DNA of 64,000 bases from Ascoidea asiatica JCM 7603 (lineage: Eukaryota; Fungi; Ascomycota), in the NCBI GenBank assembly GCA_001600695.1, contig BCKQ01000003.1:1365142-1429141 (forward strand), in the 5' to 3' direction. Below are positions 24,187 through 35,500 of the stretch, piece after piece (positions within the stretch are counted from its first letter, which is position 1; each line of letters opens with the position of its first letter). The notes under the pieces were generated by a model. It was not told the origin of the DNA. It did not search any database and saw nothing but the letters and a program-made list of their open reading frames with translations. The translations under genes were made by a program, and so were the position numbers.

Positions 24187-25620
24187 ATGAATCAAATTCA
24201 GTATAAATTTTCAATTAATCAGCCAAATGTTGGAGCAAAATCCTATAAACAAAGAGGAAAAATTTCAATAAGAAAGTTTCATCCATATGCATCATTAAAT
24301 ATATTCAATTTTAACAATGAAAATATAACTTCTCAAATCAATGATAATTTCATCTCAATTGCTCAATTAATTGAAAATTCAAATTCTTTCGAAGTTTCTA
24401 GAAATTTTAGAGATTGTGATTTAAAAGGAAATAAATCAAGTACTGGAAGATACGATGAATCAAAAGGTACCATTGTTTTTGAATTCCCTGATTTACATTT
24501 TACTAAGATTGGTATCTATAAAATTGAATATCAATTATATAAAATTACTCCATTAAATGATGAAAATCAAACTATGAATTGGCAATTTATTTCAAAAGTA
24601 TCTAAACGAATTGAAGTTGTTACAACAAGAACATTATACGGAGTTGGTGTAAAAGGTTCAATTGAAATTTCAGAAAAAAATACCAATAATTTAAATTCAT
24701 CTACTAAAAATATAAACAATATTGAAGATACTAATAATAAAAAAAATAACTCTAGCATTAGTAACAATACTAATCAGAAAGATTCAAATATAACTTCAAG
24801 TAATCAAATAAAGTTGGAAGAAAGTAGTACCTCGAATTCCTGTTCAAGTTCAAGCACAAATTTCAATGAAAATATCTTTTCAAGTACTCTAACCCAAAAT
24901 GGTTTCATTAATCCAATAATAAATAATATGAATAGTAATATGAATAGCAATATGAATAGTAATATGAATAATATGAATAATAATAATAATAATAATAAAA
25001 ATAATGATAATTTAAATCTTAATTTCAATGTTAACTCAAATCTTAATTCAAATCTCAATTTAAACTCATTTAATCAAAATTTTCAAAATAATATAAGCTT
25101 TGTAAATAATACAGAAAATCATCTAACAAATAAGTTCACTGTAAATAATTCAAGAAGCAATTCATATGGCAATATTGTTAGTTCAAATTTAAATAATTTT
25201 TCAAATATTTATAATAATTTAGCAAATTATTCTATGAATGGAACTAATGCAATTCCAATTGTATCAGATTTATCTTCAAATTCTACACCTGTTTCTATTG
25301 AAAATGATTCAGTATATGTGAGTGAATATAATATACCAATTCCCATTTTCGATCAATCTATTTCTTCAGTATCACCATCAGATTCTTCTTTCTCAATTTA
25401 TCAGATATCAAATTTTAATAATGCTTCTCAATTAATGAATTTTAATGAAAATAATTCAATAAATAACATTAGACTTACCACCAATAATAATAATCATAAT
25501 AATAATAGCAGTAGTACTAGTAATTCTATCAGTAACTCAAGAAACCCTAGCTTTAATCAATTCAATAATGAATATACTGGAGAAATATTTCCATTCTTTG
25601 GTAATATAAACAATCTTTGA
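24187..25620 (+). CDS. Divergent Velvet-domain-like transcription factor, copy 2 (paralogue of 18840)
   Basis: YKFSINQPNVGAKSYKQRGKISIRKFHP, LKGNKSSTGRYDE, IVFEFPDLHFTKIGIYKIEYQLYKI, VTTRTLY; Asn-rich tail. Confidence 0.72.
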   Translation: MNQIQYKFSINQPNVGAKSYKQRGKISIRKFHPYASLNIFNFNNENITSQINDNFISIAQLIENSNSFEVSRNFRDCDLKGNKSSTGRYDESKGTIVFEFPDLHFTKIGIYKIEYQLYKITPLNDENQTMNWQFISKVSKRIEVVTTRTLYGVGVKGSIEISEKNTNNLNSSTKNINNIEDTNNKKNNSSISNNTNQKDSNITSSNQIKLEESSTSNSCSSSSTNFNENIFSSTLTQNGFINPIINNMNSNMNSNMNSNMNNMNNNNNNNKNNDNLNLNFNVNSNLNSNLNLNSFNQNFQNNISFVNNTENHLTNKFTVNNSRSNSYGNIVSSNLNNFSNIYNNLANYSMNGTNAIPIVSDLSSNSTPVSIENDSVYVSEYNIPIPIFDQSISSVSPSDSSFSIYQISNFNNASQLMNFNENNSINNIRLTTNNNNHNNNSSSTSNSISNSRNPSFNQFNNEYTGEIFPFFGNINNL

Positions 25621-26407
25621 GCTAAAATTAGTTTCTTCTGTATAGTAGACACTTACTCTTTTTACATTTTTTTTTATAAATCGATGTTGCTTTTTCTTTT
25701 TCATATATTTTCAGGTTTTACTTTATTTTTTTGCTTTAAACATAAGCTTTTCTTTTTGTATTATGCATTTTTTTTTTTATTATAAGCCAAACCCATACAT
25801 ATTAATACAACTTAATTTAAATTAAAAAGCGAGAAGAATTGTAATTTGGATTCAAAACATATCTTGAAAGAAAACCTTCAACTAAAAGACAAATATCAAA
25901 ATTCAAATAATGTAAAAAGGAAATCAAAATCTATAAAAATAAATTATAATGAATGTATGTTCTACCAGCCATATAAATCTCCAACACCATCCAACTGCAA
26001 GATTGAAGGCGACTCTGAGGGTTATTAGGCACTAAGATGAACAGTTAATCTCTCCAAAGGCTCGACACCTATCATCTCAATTGAGAATGAAAGACAAGTA
26101 ACACAGGAAGAAGCTTTGGTTGTCCGCACACTTTTTGTGGTGTATGAGGAAAAAAAAGAAAAAAGAAAATTAATAAAAAAAAAGCAGAAATTTCATTTCT
26201 TTTAAATGAAAACTGAATGGTTACCCGTCTTTATATAATAAAGACCCATCAGAGTTTGAAACCAGGGCTTTTCTTAGGGCACGAAAATGAACGAAATGAA
26301 AGAAATAATTAGCGCTGATAGAAATAGCAAAAGAAGCAGAATGAAAATAAAGAAGAAGTATTGAAAGAAGCTGATAAAAAAGAGTGATAGAAAGATTAAT
26401 CAGTAAT

Positions 26408-27427
26408 ATGACAAAGAAGAATAGTTTACTCCCTTTTTCATCGCAGGACTTGTCCAAGGTAGATTTAAACGCTGGTTCTTCTCCTTCAGACAGCAACTAC
26501 AACAAAAATGTTAGGTTTGAAATACATATCCGATTCTCCAATGGTCAGATATCTGATTTAATAATTCCAATAGATACTTATGATGATTTGTCTATGATTG
26601 ACAACAGATATTTGAGGATCAAGGTCAGACAGTACAGTAAGAAGGAAGCTTATGACAAAAGATTAAGATTCATATACAATGGTAAAATAGTGAATGATAA
26701 ACTTAATTTACAACAAGAATTAATGAAGTTTGATTCTTATATGCATGATAATGATAGCAATAAAGATGGATCTAACAAGGAGAATAGTAATAATAGTACT
26801 AATGAAACTATTGATAAAAAGGGTAAGGCCAAAGATGACTCTGAGACTAATATTCATAAATTTTATATACATTGTTTAATAGGTTCAACTTTAAGTGCTG
26901 AAGAATTAAGAAAAGAAGATTTAATGGATGCTAAAATACCAGAAAAATCAACAACACCTGCTCCTCTGGGATTTGATAGATTAAGATCTCAAGGTTTTAG
27001 TGAACAAGAAGTAAATGATTTAAGGTTACAATTTCGTAGAATTTATGGATTACCTGCTAATTATAATTCAAATAATAATGAATCTGGTATAGGTGCTGAT
27101 GATGAAATTGATTTAGATAATTCAAATAATGCCAATGGTTCTAATGGGTCTAATGGAAGAATTAATGATATTCGTCAATTGGAAGATAGATGGATGGATA
27201 ATGGTGCTAATGAACCAGATGATGAATTTAATATGATGAACATGGGAAATAATGTTATGGGAACAAATCAAGATTTATTAATTGGTATGCTAATGGGAAC
27301 TTTACTTGGAGTGTTGAGTTTATTTTTCCTTAGAAATGAATTTATGATAAGTAAAAGACAAAGAATGGCAATAGTGGCTGGTATTATTACAAATTTCTCC
27401 TTTTCCTTAGTCAGAAGCTGGACTTAA
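26408..27427 (+). CDS. DSC3: Dsc E3 ligase complex subunit Dsc3 (ubiquitin-like + UBA-like + C-terminal TM)
   Basis: ATG at 26408; IRFS..DL, LRFIYNGK, YIHCLIG, PAPLGFDRLRSQGFSEQEVNDLRLQF, RQLEDRWMD, DLLIGMLMG..SKRQRMAIVAG. Confidence 0.88.
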   Translation: MTKKNSLLPFSSQDLSKVDLNAGSSPSDSNYNKNVRFEIHIRFSNGQISDLIIPIDTYDDLSMIDNRYLRIKVRQYSKKEAYDKRLRFIYNGKIVNDKLNLQQELMKFDSYMHDNDSNKDGSNKENSNNSTNETIDKKGKAKDDSETNIHKFYIHCLIGSTLSAEELRKEDLMDAKIPEKSTTPAPLGFDRLRSQGFSEQEVNDLRLQFRRIYGLPANYNSNNNESGIGADDEIDLDNSNNANGSNGSNGRINDIRQLEDRWMDNGANEPDDEFNMMNMGNNVMGTNQDLLIGMLMGTLLGVLSLFFLRNEFMISKRQRMAIVAGIITNFSFSLVRSWT

Positions 27428-28029
27428 TGATGATTGAAATAAACTCTCAGCCGAATGTACTTATACTTTTTTTTGCACAATAACTGACATTTTGATTTAC
27501 TCCAGAGGTAGTCGAACCCTCTATATAAAACTATATACATATAATGTTTGAAGCTTTAATACTTATGATTTATGACAGACTATGCTCATTTAACTATTTA
27601 TCGATGGAATCCATACAGCTTATAGCGTTAAGTAAAATCAGTAAAACCAGTAACAACGGCAACGCCAGTCGACACAGAGGAAACTGCTGAATTTTATAGG
27701 AAGACCCTACCGCTGACAATTTTGTCACCTGCCGAGTTTCGTTAATAACACAGAATCCTTTGCTGCTTTTTCTTCCAGCTTAAAACCAGATCACAAAACC
27801 TCCATTCAGAACTTTAGTAAAGTTCTCTCTTGAAGGAGAAATTACCTTCTTTTAGACTGTTAGCAGGGCGAAAGTATTCTATTATGCTATTAAAAGTTAT
27901 GAAGAGTTGAGCAAGAAAAAGAAAATTACAAATTTAATCAACAAATTCAAAAGAATTTTAAAAGGCATTAGTGGTTTTAATTGATTGAATTTAATCATTT
28001 GTTTCTTTGGTATCTAAAACAGAAAGAAA

Positions 28030-30236
28030 ATGTACCAATCACCTTCAAGGTCCTTAGAATCTATTTCTTCTAAGATATATATTTATTATCAAAAAGGTAT
28101 TCATCACTTTTCTTAATCAATAAATTCTTAAAATATATTAAGTATTAAAAAATATTAACAATATATTAAAAAATAAAATTTAATCAATTATATCAAATTT
28201 CAAAAATTTAAGGTGATTATTTTCGAATACTTGATTTAATATTATCAGATACTGATATTTTATACTCAGAATCTTTAAGTCCTTCAACTAGATTAATTAT
28301 ATCTCTAACTTTACTTACAAAATTGAATAATAATTATAAACTGGAAGGTTTTCAACAATTTTTAATATTATTAGATTTTTTCAGTTCAAATTTTGTTCAA
28401 AAAGCAAAATATTTGAATATTTTAAATAGAATTTTTAAAATTGATCCTTTTTGGGAAAAAGAAAAAAATTTGGTCGCAAATGAATATAATTATTATAATG
28501 ATTTATTCACAATAGAAAAAACTGGTCAAGATTCTTTCAGTAATAAAATTGATAGTTATATTAATAATGGTAATGATAATGTTAATTTGAATATTAGTGC
28601 TCTAAATATTAAATTTTCTGAAAATTCAATAAGTAATTCTAAAATATCTTTAATTCAACAAGCACGCAATTACATTGATTTTCTTCAGTTAACTGAAAAT
28701 GAAATACAACATAAATATATTCAATCATTCAATGTTTCTTTTAATGAAATTTTATCAATTAAAAATAAATTATCAAAATTATCTACTGCAATGAAAGATA
28801 ATTTCATTCCAAATTTTAAGAAAAATGAACCTAATAATCCAACAACAAATTTCGCTTCATTGCTTTTAAATAATAATACCTTTACATTCATAGTTTCAAA
28901 TTTGTTTAATGAAATAATAGATTCAGATTTTTTAGTCAATTTACGAAAGTTAGTCGATTTAGAAATTTCAATATATTCGGATATTAATATTCTTGATTAT
29001 TCTGTTCTGTTACAACCTAAAATTTTAATTAAAAAAATCGAAAAATGTTCAAGACCATCTAAAACTTATGCACTTAAGTTTGTTAACGCTATTATAAAAC
29101 TCAATATCATTAATAGTTTTTTAAAAATAATAGAAGGCAGTGATTATTATCTTGCTTATGAGATCCTAAGGGGTTTAATTAGGTTCATAAATTCCATCGA
29201 AACAAAATCAATAAAAAGAAAAATGACTTCTAAAGAATTGAACGAAAATTTCTTTCTTTCTAAATCAACAAAAGATTCAATAATAATAACATGCTGTAAG
29301 CTTTCAATGTTCTTATCTCTCAAAGAAAAGGAAGTTTCATCAAATGATTTGGAAAATTTATTTTCTCAAATTCAATTTATTGAAGACTTGAATATAAATA
29401 AAACTAATATTCGAAATTCATTAATATCAAGCAATTCGGATTTAATCTTAGAATCTGCTTCTATTGTTGAAGATATTGATAATGATTTTTCTAGTGGAAA
29501 ATTAGGGGAATTTTTTTTTGCTGCTGGTTTAATTAAAGAAAAATCTGCTTATGATAAAAAAAAACTTGTTTCTTTAGAAAATAATGAAACAATTACAACA
29601 GGTGTTCGATTATCTAAATCCTGTATAGATGAAATGATAAGGTATTATATTATAGCAACAGTAACCAAATTAGAAGATGATCCTACTTTACTTTATATAT
29701 TCGATAGAATTTTATGGGGATTGCTTATGTATGGAGGAGTTCATATTAAAACTTTATGGTTTTTTAAAATGCTTCGAGATTATTATAACACTAAATTCAA
29801 ATATTATCCAGTTTACATGAAAGATGAAGTTTTCAAAATTTGTCCTGAATGGTTTAATGGATATTCGTTTATCAGGCAAATATATGGGTTAAAAGATTCA
29901 ATTAAGGCACGATCTATTGATATGTGGGATGAAAAACAAGGAAGTAGTTTTTTAATTCCTCAAGCTTTATTGACAAAAAATGATGAGATAATATTACTAG
30001 ACGAATTTTTTGATGAAAATAACCCTTATGGAAATAATAAAAGATTTGTTTTAGAAACTGCAGAAAGAGCTACTAGGATGCTGAGAAGTCATATTAAGTT
30101 GCATCACAAAATTGTTCAACATCAAATAGATAAAAGTCGTGGTTGGATAAACTTATGGGTTGAAAGTTATTCAGACCATAGATCCAAAGAACTTCCAATA
30201 GCAATACAAGATATTTTAGAATTTTGTTCAGAGTGA
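28030..30236 (+). CDS. Spliced hypothetical protein (~696 aa), exons 28030-28096 and 28213-30236
   Basis: ATG at 28030 (MYQSPSRSLESISSKIYIYYQK); donor GTATTC at 28097; branch-like TATTAAC at 28153-28159; first downstream AG at 28211-28212. A phase-1 join (G|GT = Gly) restores the frame of the 28323 ORF, which is open back to 28212. Confidence 0.72.
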
Positions 30237-30376
30237 TCTAGTTTCATAAAATTCTCATTGATAAGGGAAAAAGTTTATATTTTTGAATTATATATGAATT
30301 TTAATAAAAAAATACATTTTGACTAAAAAAAATCTATGATCAAAGTTTTGTACAATATCCTAGTGAAGTCCAAATT

Positions 30377-31735
30377 TCAACTTAAAGCAGCTGCAATTGA
30401 GTTTTTTAAAATTGTGAGGCCGTCAATTATTACATTATCTTCAATGGTTAAGGCTGGTACAAATCTGATTACATTACCAGAAGCAGAAATTATCAATAAA
30501 CCTCTTTTTCTAGCTTCGTCGATTACTTTGTTTACTAAATCACCATCCTTAAATTCCATACCCAATAGAAGACCTTTACCCCTAACCTCTAAAATATCAT
30601 TTGGATATTGTTTCTTCAAATCATTTAAAAACTCAACAAAAATGGAAGACTTTTTATTGACTTGATTTAAAAATTCAGGTTTTGAAAGCTGGTCTATAAC
30701 ATATAAGCCTATTCTGGATCCTAATGGATTACCCCCATATGTAGTACCATGATCTCCAACATGTAAAACACTTTCAATTTTTTCATTCACAACAGTTGCA
30801 GCAATTGGAAACCCGTTTCCTAAGGCTTTTGCCATTGTAAATATATCAGGATGAGCATCTTTTGGTAAATATGAATGAGCCCATAATTTTCCTGTTCTTG
30901 CCAAACCACATTGAATTTCATCATATATTAAAATTACGTCATTCTTCTTACATAATGCTTTCAACTCTATCAAAAAGGATGTATCAATTGGATGAACTCC
31001 ACCTTCCCCTTGAACAGGCTCTATTATTACACCACATGTATTTTCACTGATCAAGGCTTTAACTGATTCAATATCATTTGGAGTAGCTACTTTAACACCA
31101 GGAACTAGTGGACTATATGGTTTTTGATATTTTGGATTTGGTGTTACAGACAAAGCTCCCATTGATCTTCCATGAAAACTTGATTTAAAGGTAATGAATT
31201 CGTATTTATCTTTATTCTTCAATGTTCCATATTTTCTAGCAAATTTCAAGGCAGCTTCATTTGCTTCTGTTCCTGAATTGCATAAAAATACTCTTGAGGA
31301 ATTATACATTCCTTCATTTGCATGAGTTTTTTCAATGATTTCCTTTGATAACTTTGTTGTGTATAAATTATGATATAAATTTGAAGAATGAACTAAAGTG
31401 TTTGCTTGATCAAACATGATTTCTGCAATTTTTGGATTAGAATGACCTAACCCGGTTACAGCTATACCTGCAGTAAAATCAATATATTTTCTATCTTCTA
31501 AATCCCATAAATAAGCATTTGAACCTTTTGTAAAAACTAAATTAGGTCTTGAGTATGTGGTCACAGCAAATGGAGCATTTTCCTTCAAGAATGAAAGTGT
31601 CTTTGATTCAAAATCTACTGGATCGGGATGAGTAACTGGAGAAACAGCAAAATATTTTGACGATTTTGAAAAGCTTCTTCCAAAAGCCAAAGAACCAGAT
31701 ATCTTGGAAAAACCTCTTAATGAACTTTTAAACAT
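30377..31735 (-). CDS. ARG8: Acetylornithine aminotransferase, mitochondrial
   Basis: YIDFTAGIAVTGLGH, CNSGTEANEAALKFA, FHGRSMGALS, IIEPVQGEGG, DEIQCGLARTG, AKALGNGFPI, HGTTYGGNPL. Confidence 0.97.
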   Translation of the reverse strand: MFKSSLRGFSKISGSLAFGRSFSKSSKYFAVSPVTHPDPVDFESKTLSFLKENAPFAVTTYSRPNLVFTKGSNAYLWDLEDRKYIDFTAGIAVTGLGHSNPKIAEIMFDQANTLVHSSNLYHNLYTTKLSKEIIEKTHANEGMYNSSRVFLCNSGTEANEAALKFARKYGTLKNKDKYEFITFKSSFHGRSMGALSVTPNPKYQKPYSPLVPGVKVATPNDIESVKALISENTCGVIIEPVQGEGGVHPIDTSFLIELKALCKKNDVILIYDEIQCGLARTGKLWAHSYLPKDAHPDIFTMAKALGNGFPIAATVVNEKIESVLHVGDHGTTYGGNPLGSRIGLYVIDQLSKPEFLNQVNKKSSIFVEFLNDLKKQYPNDILEVRGKGLLLGMEFKDGDLVNKVIDEARKRGLLIISASGNVIRFVPALTIEDNVIIDGLTILKNSIAAALS

Positions 31736-31858
31736 TATATTTCTGTTTCCAAATAAAAAATGACTTCAAGTCTATTGATTTTACTTCCTTTATAAACATA
31801 AAACTAAGGATATTTATATTCTATTTATATTTTCCAATTTGAAAATTCGAAATTTCAG

Positions 31859-31865
31859 TGAGTCA
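31859..31865. promoter_or_regulatory. Gcn4 site (TGACTCA) in the ARG8 promoter
   Basis: TGAGTCA 124 bp upstream of the ARG8 ATG; ARG genes are canonical Gcn4 targets. Confidence 0.75.
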
Positions 31866-32519
31866 CCTCGACAAATGAAAAGAAAGGAAATAAAGCCCTC
31901 AATATAGGGCTAAATCTAAAGTAGATGACGTGAAATTTAGAGTTATCATACCTAAATAATGCCGGTAATAATAGCCATAATTAAATAATACTGTGTATTA
32001 AACAAAACTTTTAAAAAAATAAAGATATCAAGAAATGAAATTAAATTCTTATAAAAAAGACTCAGAAAAGAGTATAGTATGATTGATCCAAAAGGCATAC
32101 AAACACGTATTATGAGAGCATGAAAAACCGTAAATCATAAATATTGGATTTTGAGGAAGAAATTAGGAAAATAATCAGTATTAATAAAAACAAAAAAAAT
32201 ATTATCTGGGGGTAAATGAGTAAAACAAAAAAGCTTAATCTATGATATAAAATGAATTTTGAAAGATATGATTAAAAATAATACATTGATAAACGTTTAG
32301 GAGGTAACAATCACGAACAATCAGGCAATGATTGATTTGAACAGAGAACAAGAACAATTTAAAAGAATAAAGTCAAAATTATGGGAATAAGTAAAACAAA
32401 ATGAAGAAGAAAACATGTCTCAAGACTGAAAATAAATAAAAAAAAAGAAAAATTAAGGAAATAACAAAAAAGAAAGACCTGATAAACAAATAATATCAAA
32501 AGTTAAAAATTGAATCAAA

Positions 32520-35500
32520 TCAATCCACATCTTCTCCTGCTTCTTCTATTATTATGTCAATCATAGGGTCTTGCTGAACGTCATTAACTAAAAAGTAATT
32601 CATTCCATAGATATCGTTTTCCTCTTCATTAGGACTATTTTCTCCTGTTCCTGTTTTTGTGTCTGAAAAATCTGTTATTGTACGCCCTCTTAAAAGCTGT
32701 CTTTCCCTATCAATTCTCATTTTCACTGCAATTCTACAGTCCTCGAGAATGGAAATCTTTTGTTCAAATGGAACATCATATTCCGGTTCACTAAACCAAG
32801 TTGGAGAAAATTTTGATTGCTTTCTTGAACTATTTCCATATGAATAAAATCCCCTTCCAAGTAAACTGCCCGGGCTAGAAGAATTATTCAACTTTTTTGG
32901 AATTAAAATATTAGTTAAATTTTTAGTTTCAGTACTATATCTACTCAAATCCTCTGTTGAAGCTGAATGGATAGAAGAAGCACCATCAGATGAGTAACCA
33001 TCATTTCTATTGCCAATCATCTTGGTCGAATCATAATAAGAATCTAATGTAAGTATAGTCATGGATTGCCTTTTCCTAAGTGTTGGGTTTGAATTAATGA
33101 AACTTTTGTGCTTATTGGATGTAGTTGAAGTTTGAGGGAAGCTTGATAAAATTGATGAACGGTTAGAAGAATTCAAGTCTGAAAGTAAAACATTGTTGGA
33201 CTGGATTACCCCACCAATTGGTGATTTATAATCAGTAGATAAATTACCTCTATTCAAGATCGCATTGTTTTTGGAAACCATATTTGGACTTCGGCTTCTA
33301 CTTGATAATCGTGATTCAGAGTTTAGCAGTATTTTGGATTCAATTGATATATCTTTATAATGTTTTTTAGAATAAGCATTTTTGGTAATTGACAAAGAAG
33401 TTGTAGGTCTGTTAATTTTTAGCTCGTTATTTTCCAAGTCTGAATGCATTATTGTCTTATTAAATTCTTCAGCTAAAGAATACTCCGATTTTATATTGGA
33501 AATTGATTTTGCTTTAGATAGCGTTCTTATTGCAGTATTTGAATTGAAAGTATTGATATTCAGAGGTTTTAAGGTTCTTCTTGAATTGGACTCTAATGTT
33601 GACTTTGATCTTTTACGATTCAAAAGCTCATTAGAATAGTTTTTATGATCATTTCTGCCTGATAAATAATCTGGAACTGTTAATGAGAGAATTTTATTAT
33701 GTTTTTTCAGAACTTGGTGATTTCCTCTCGAATCTTGGCCTAATTGCAGATGTTCATTCATTTCATGATTTTCATTAGAATCAGTATTAAAGGATATAGC
33801 TGAAGTTGAACTTATTGAAGAAGTTGCACTACTATTATTAGAATTTGGATTAGAATTTTCTTCTATAGCTGAATCTAAACTTGATATCGACAAGTTTTTC
33901 AATTTTTTTTCCATTGCATAATGAAGATCCGAAGTTGGTGAGTTTGTTACTAAATTTGGATCTGATAATACTAATATTCTTCCATTGGTTTTGGAGTTTC
34001 TTCTACTGGAATTAGGAGACGAATTTCTAGTTGTAGTTAATAAAGAATAAGTATTAGAATCTTTCTGACTAATGCTTGATCGTTTCAGTACCTGAATTTG
34101 ATTTTCAATTAATGATAAACGTTTAGGACTTGGTGTGTGTGATAATAAATTTTCAATTGGAGAGATAATTGGACTTTTTGGAGATCTCAATTTTAATTTC
34201 GATTTATTGAAAGAATGATGAGAATTAGAATAAGATGAACCCAGTGTGGAAGTAGAAAATCTTTTGTAGTTTGAGTGAGAGAAGGTCGTTGTAGTTGAGG
34301 TTGTCGTAGTAGTTGTTGATGATATAGAATCAGAATTTAAATGAATTTTATTGGTATTATCATTACTTATGAATGAAGTCGGTAATGATTTACCTGTATC
34401 TGGTGTTAGTGGAGATAATATATCTTTTTTAATTAAAGGAGATTTTGCAATTGGAGATAATGAAGATAGAAAAGTCTTTGAATCAATATTATCAATATCT
34501 TTTGAAGACGATTCTTTCAAAGTATGATGAAATTGACGTAATTGAGCTCTTGACCTTGGTCTTTTTGGTAATAAATTATTATTGTTTTTATTATTTTTAA
34601 AATTATTATTTGAAAATGAAGTTGTTAAAGAACTTTTTCTTGATCTTGATGATGAAGAAGAAGTAGGACGGGCATAATGAGGTACATTTGAGTAGTCATC
34701 ATTTGAATCATGAGAAGATATATAAGATTGATAATCTTGATCAATTGGAGTTGGATTTAATAAATTATTGAAAGAAAGTGGGGTATAATTATAAGAATTA
34801 TTATCATCATTATTATTTTTAACATTGTTATCATTGCTATCATTATTATATTTATTAATATTAGTATTTATATTATTATCAATATAATTATCACTATTGT
34901 TATCAAAAATTTGATTATTTATATAATTAATATTTTGATTTTGGATATTAATTTGAATTTTTTCTTCAAAGTTACTATTATTATCATTTTCTATATCTGA
35001 ATATATTTCATTATCATTGTCATGATTATTATCTGTAAGGGTATTGGAGAAATTATCTGAAAAGTTTATTTCATTTGAATCAGTTGGTTCTAAAGTTGAA
35101 TTTGAATTTATTGAAGAATTAGAGATATTTGAAGAGTTATTTAAATGAGTAGCATTAAATAAATAAACATTAAAAATTCTTTTAACTTGAACATGAAATG
35201 ATAATCTTTGTAAATAACCTTGAATAATATTATTTCTATCATCTTTATTTAAAAAATTTCTATTTTGAGATAGAATTAAATTCCATTGAAAATTATAAGA
35301 GTCTTTAACAAAAAATTTTTTAAAATTTTTATCAATATTATGTTCAATATAAAAATTTGATTGATTAACAAGAATATGAATATAATTTGATAAATTTGAA
35401 GAAGAATTTAAAATAGAAAATTTAAAAAATTTATTAATTGGATTTAAATTTGGTAAATTTTTTAGAAATTTTGGTGGTTCAGATAATATTAATAAAGATC

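Noticed and set aside
27498-27523. tRNA T-arm/B-box-like GGTTCGACT on the minus strand
   Set aside because: No D-arm, anticodon arm or acceptor-stem partner.
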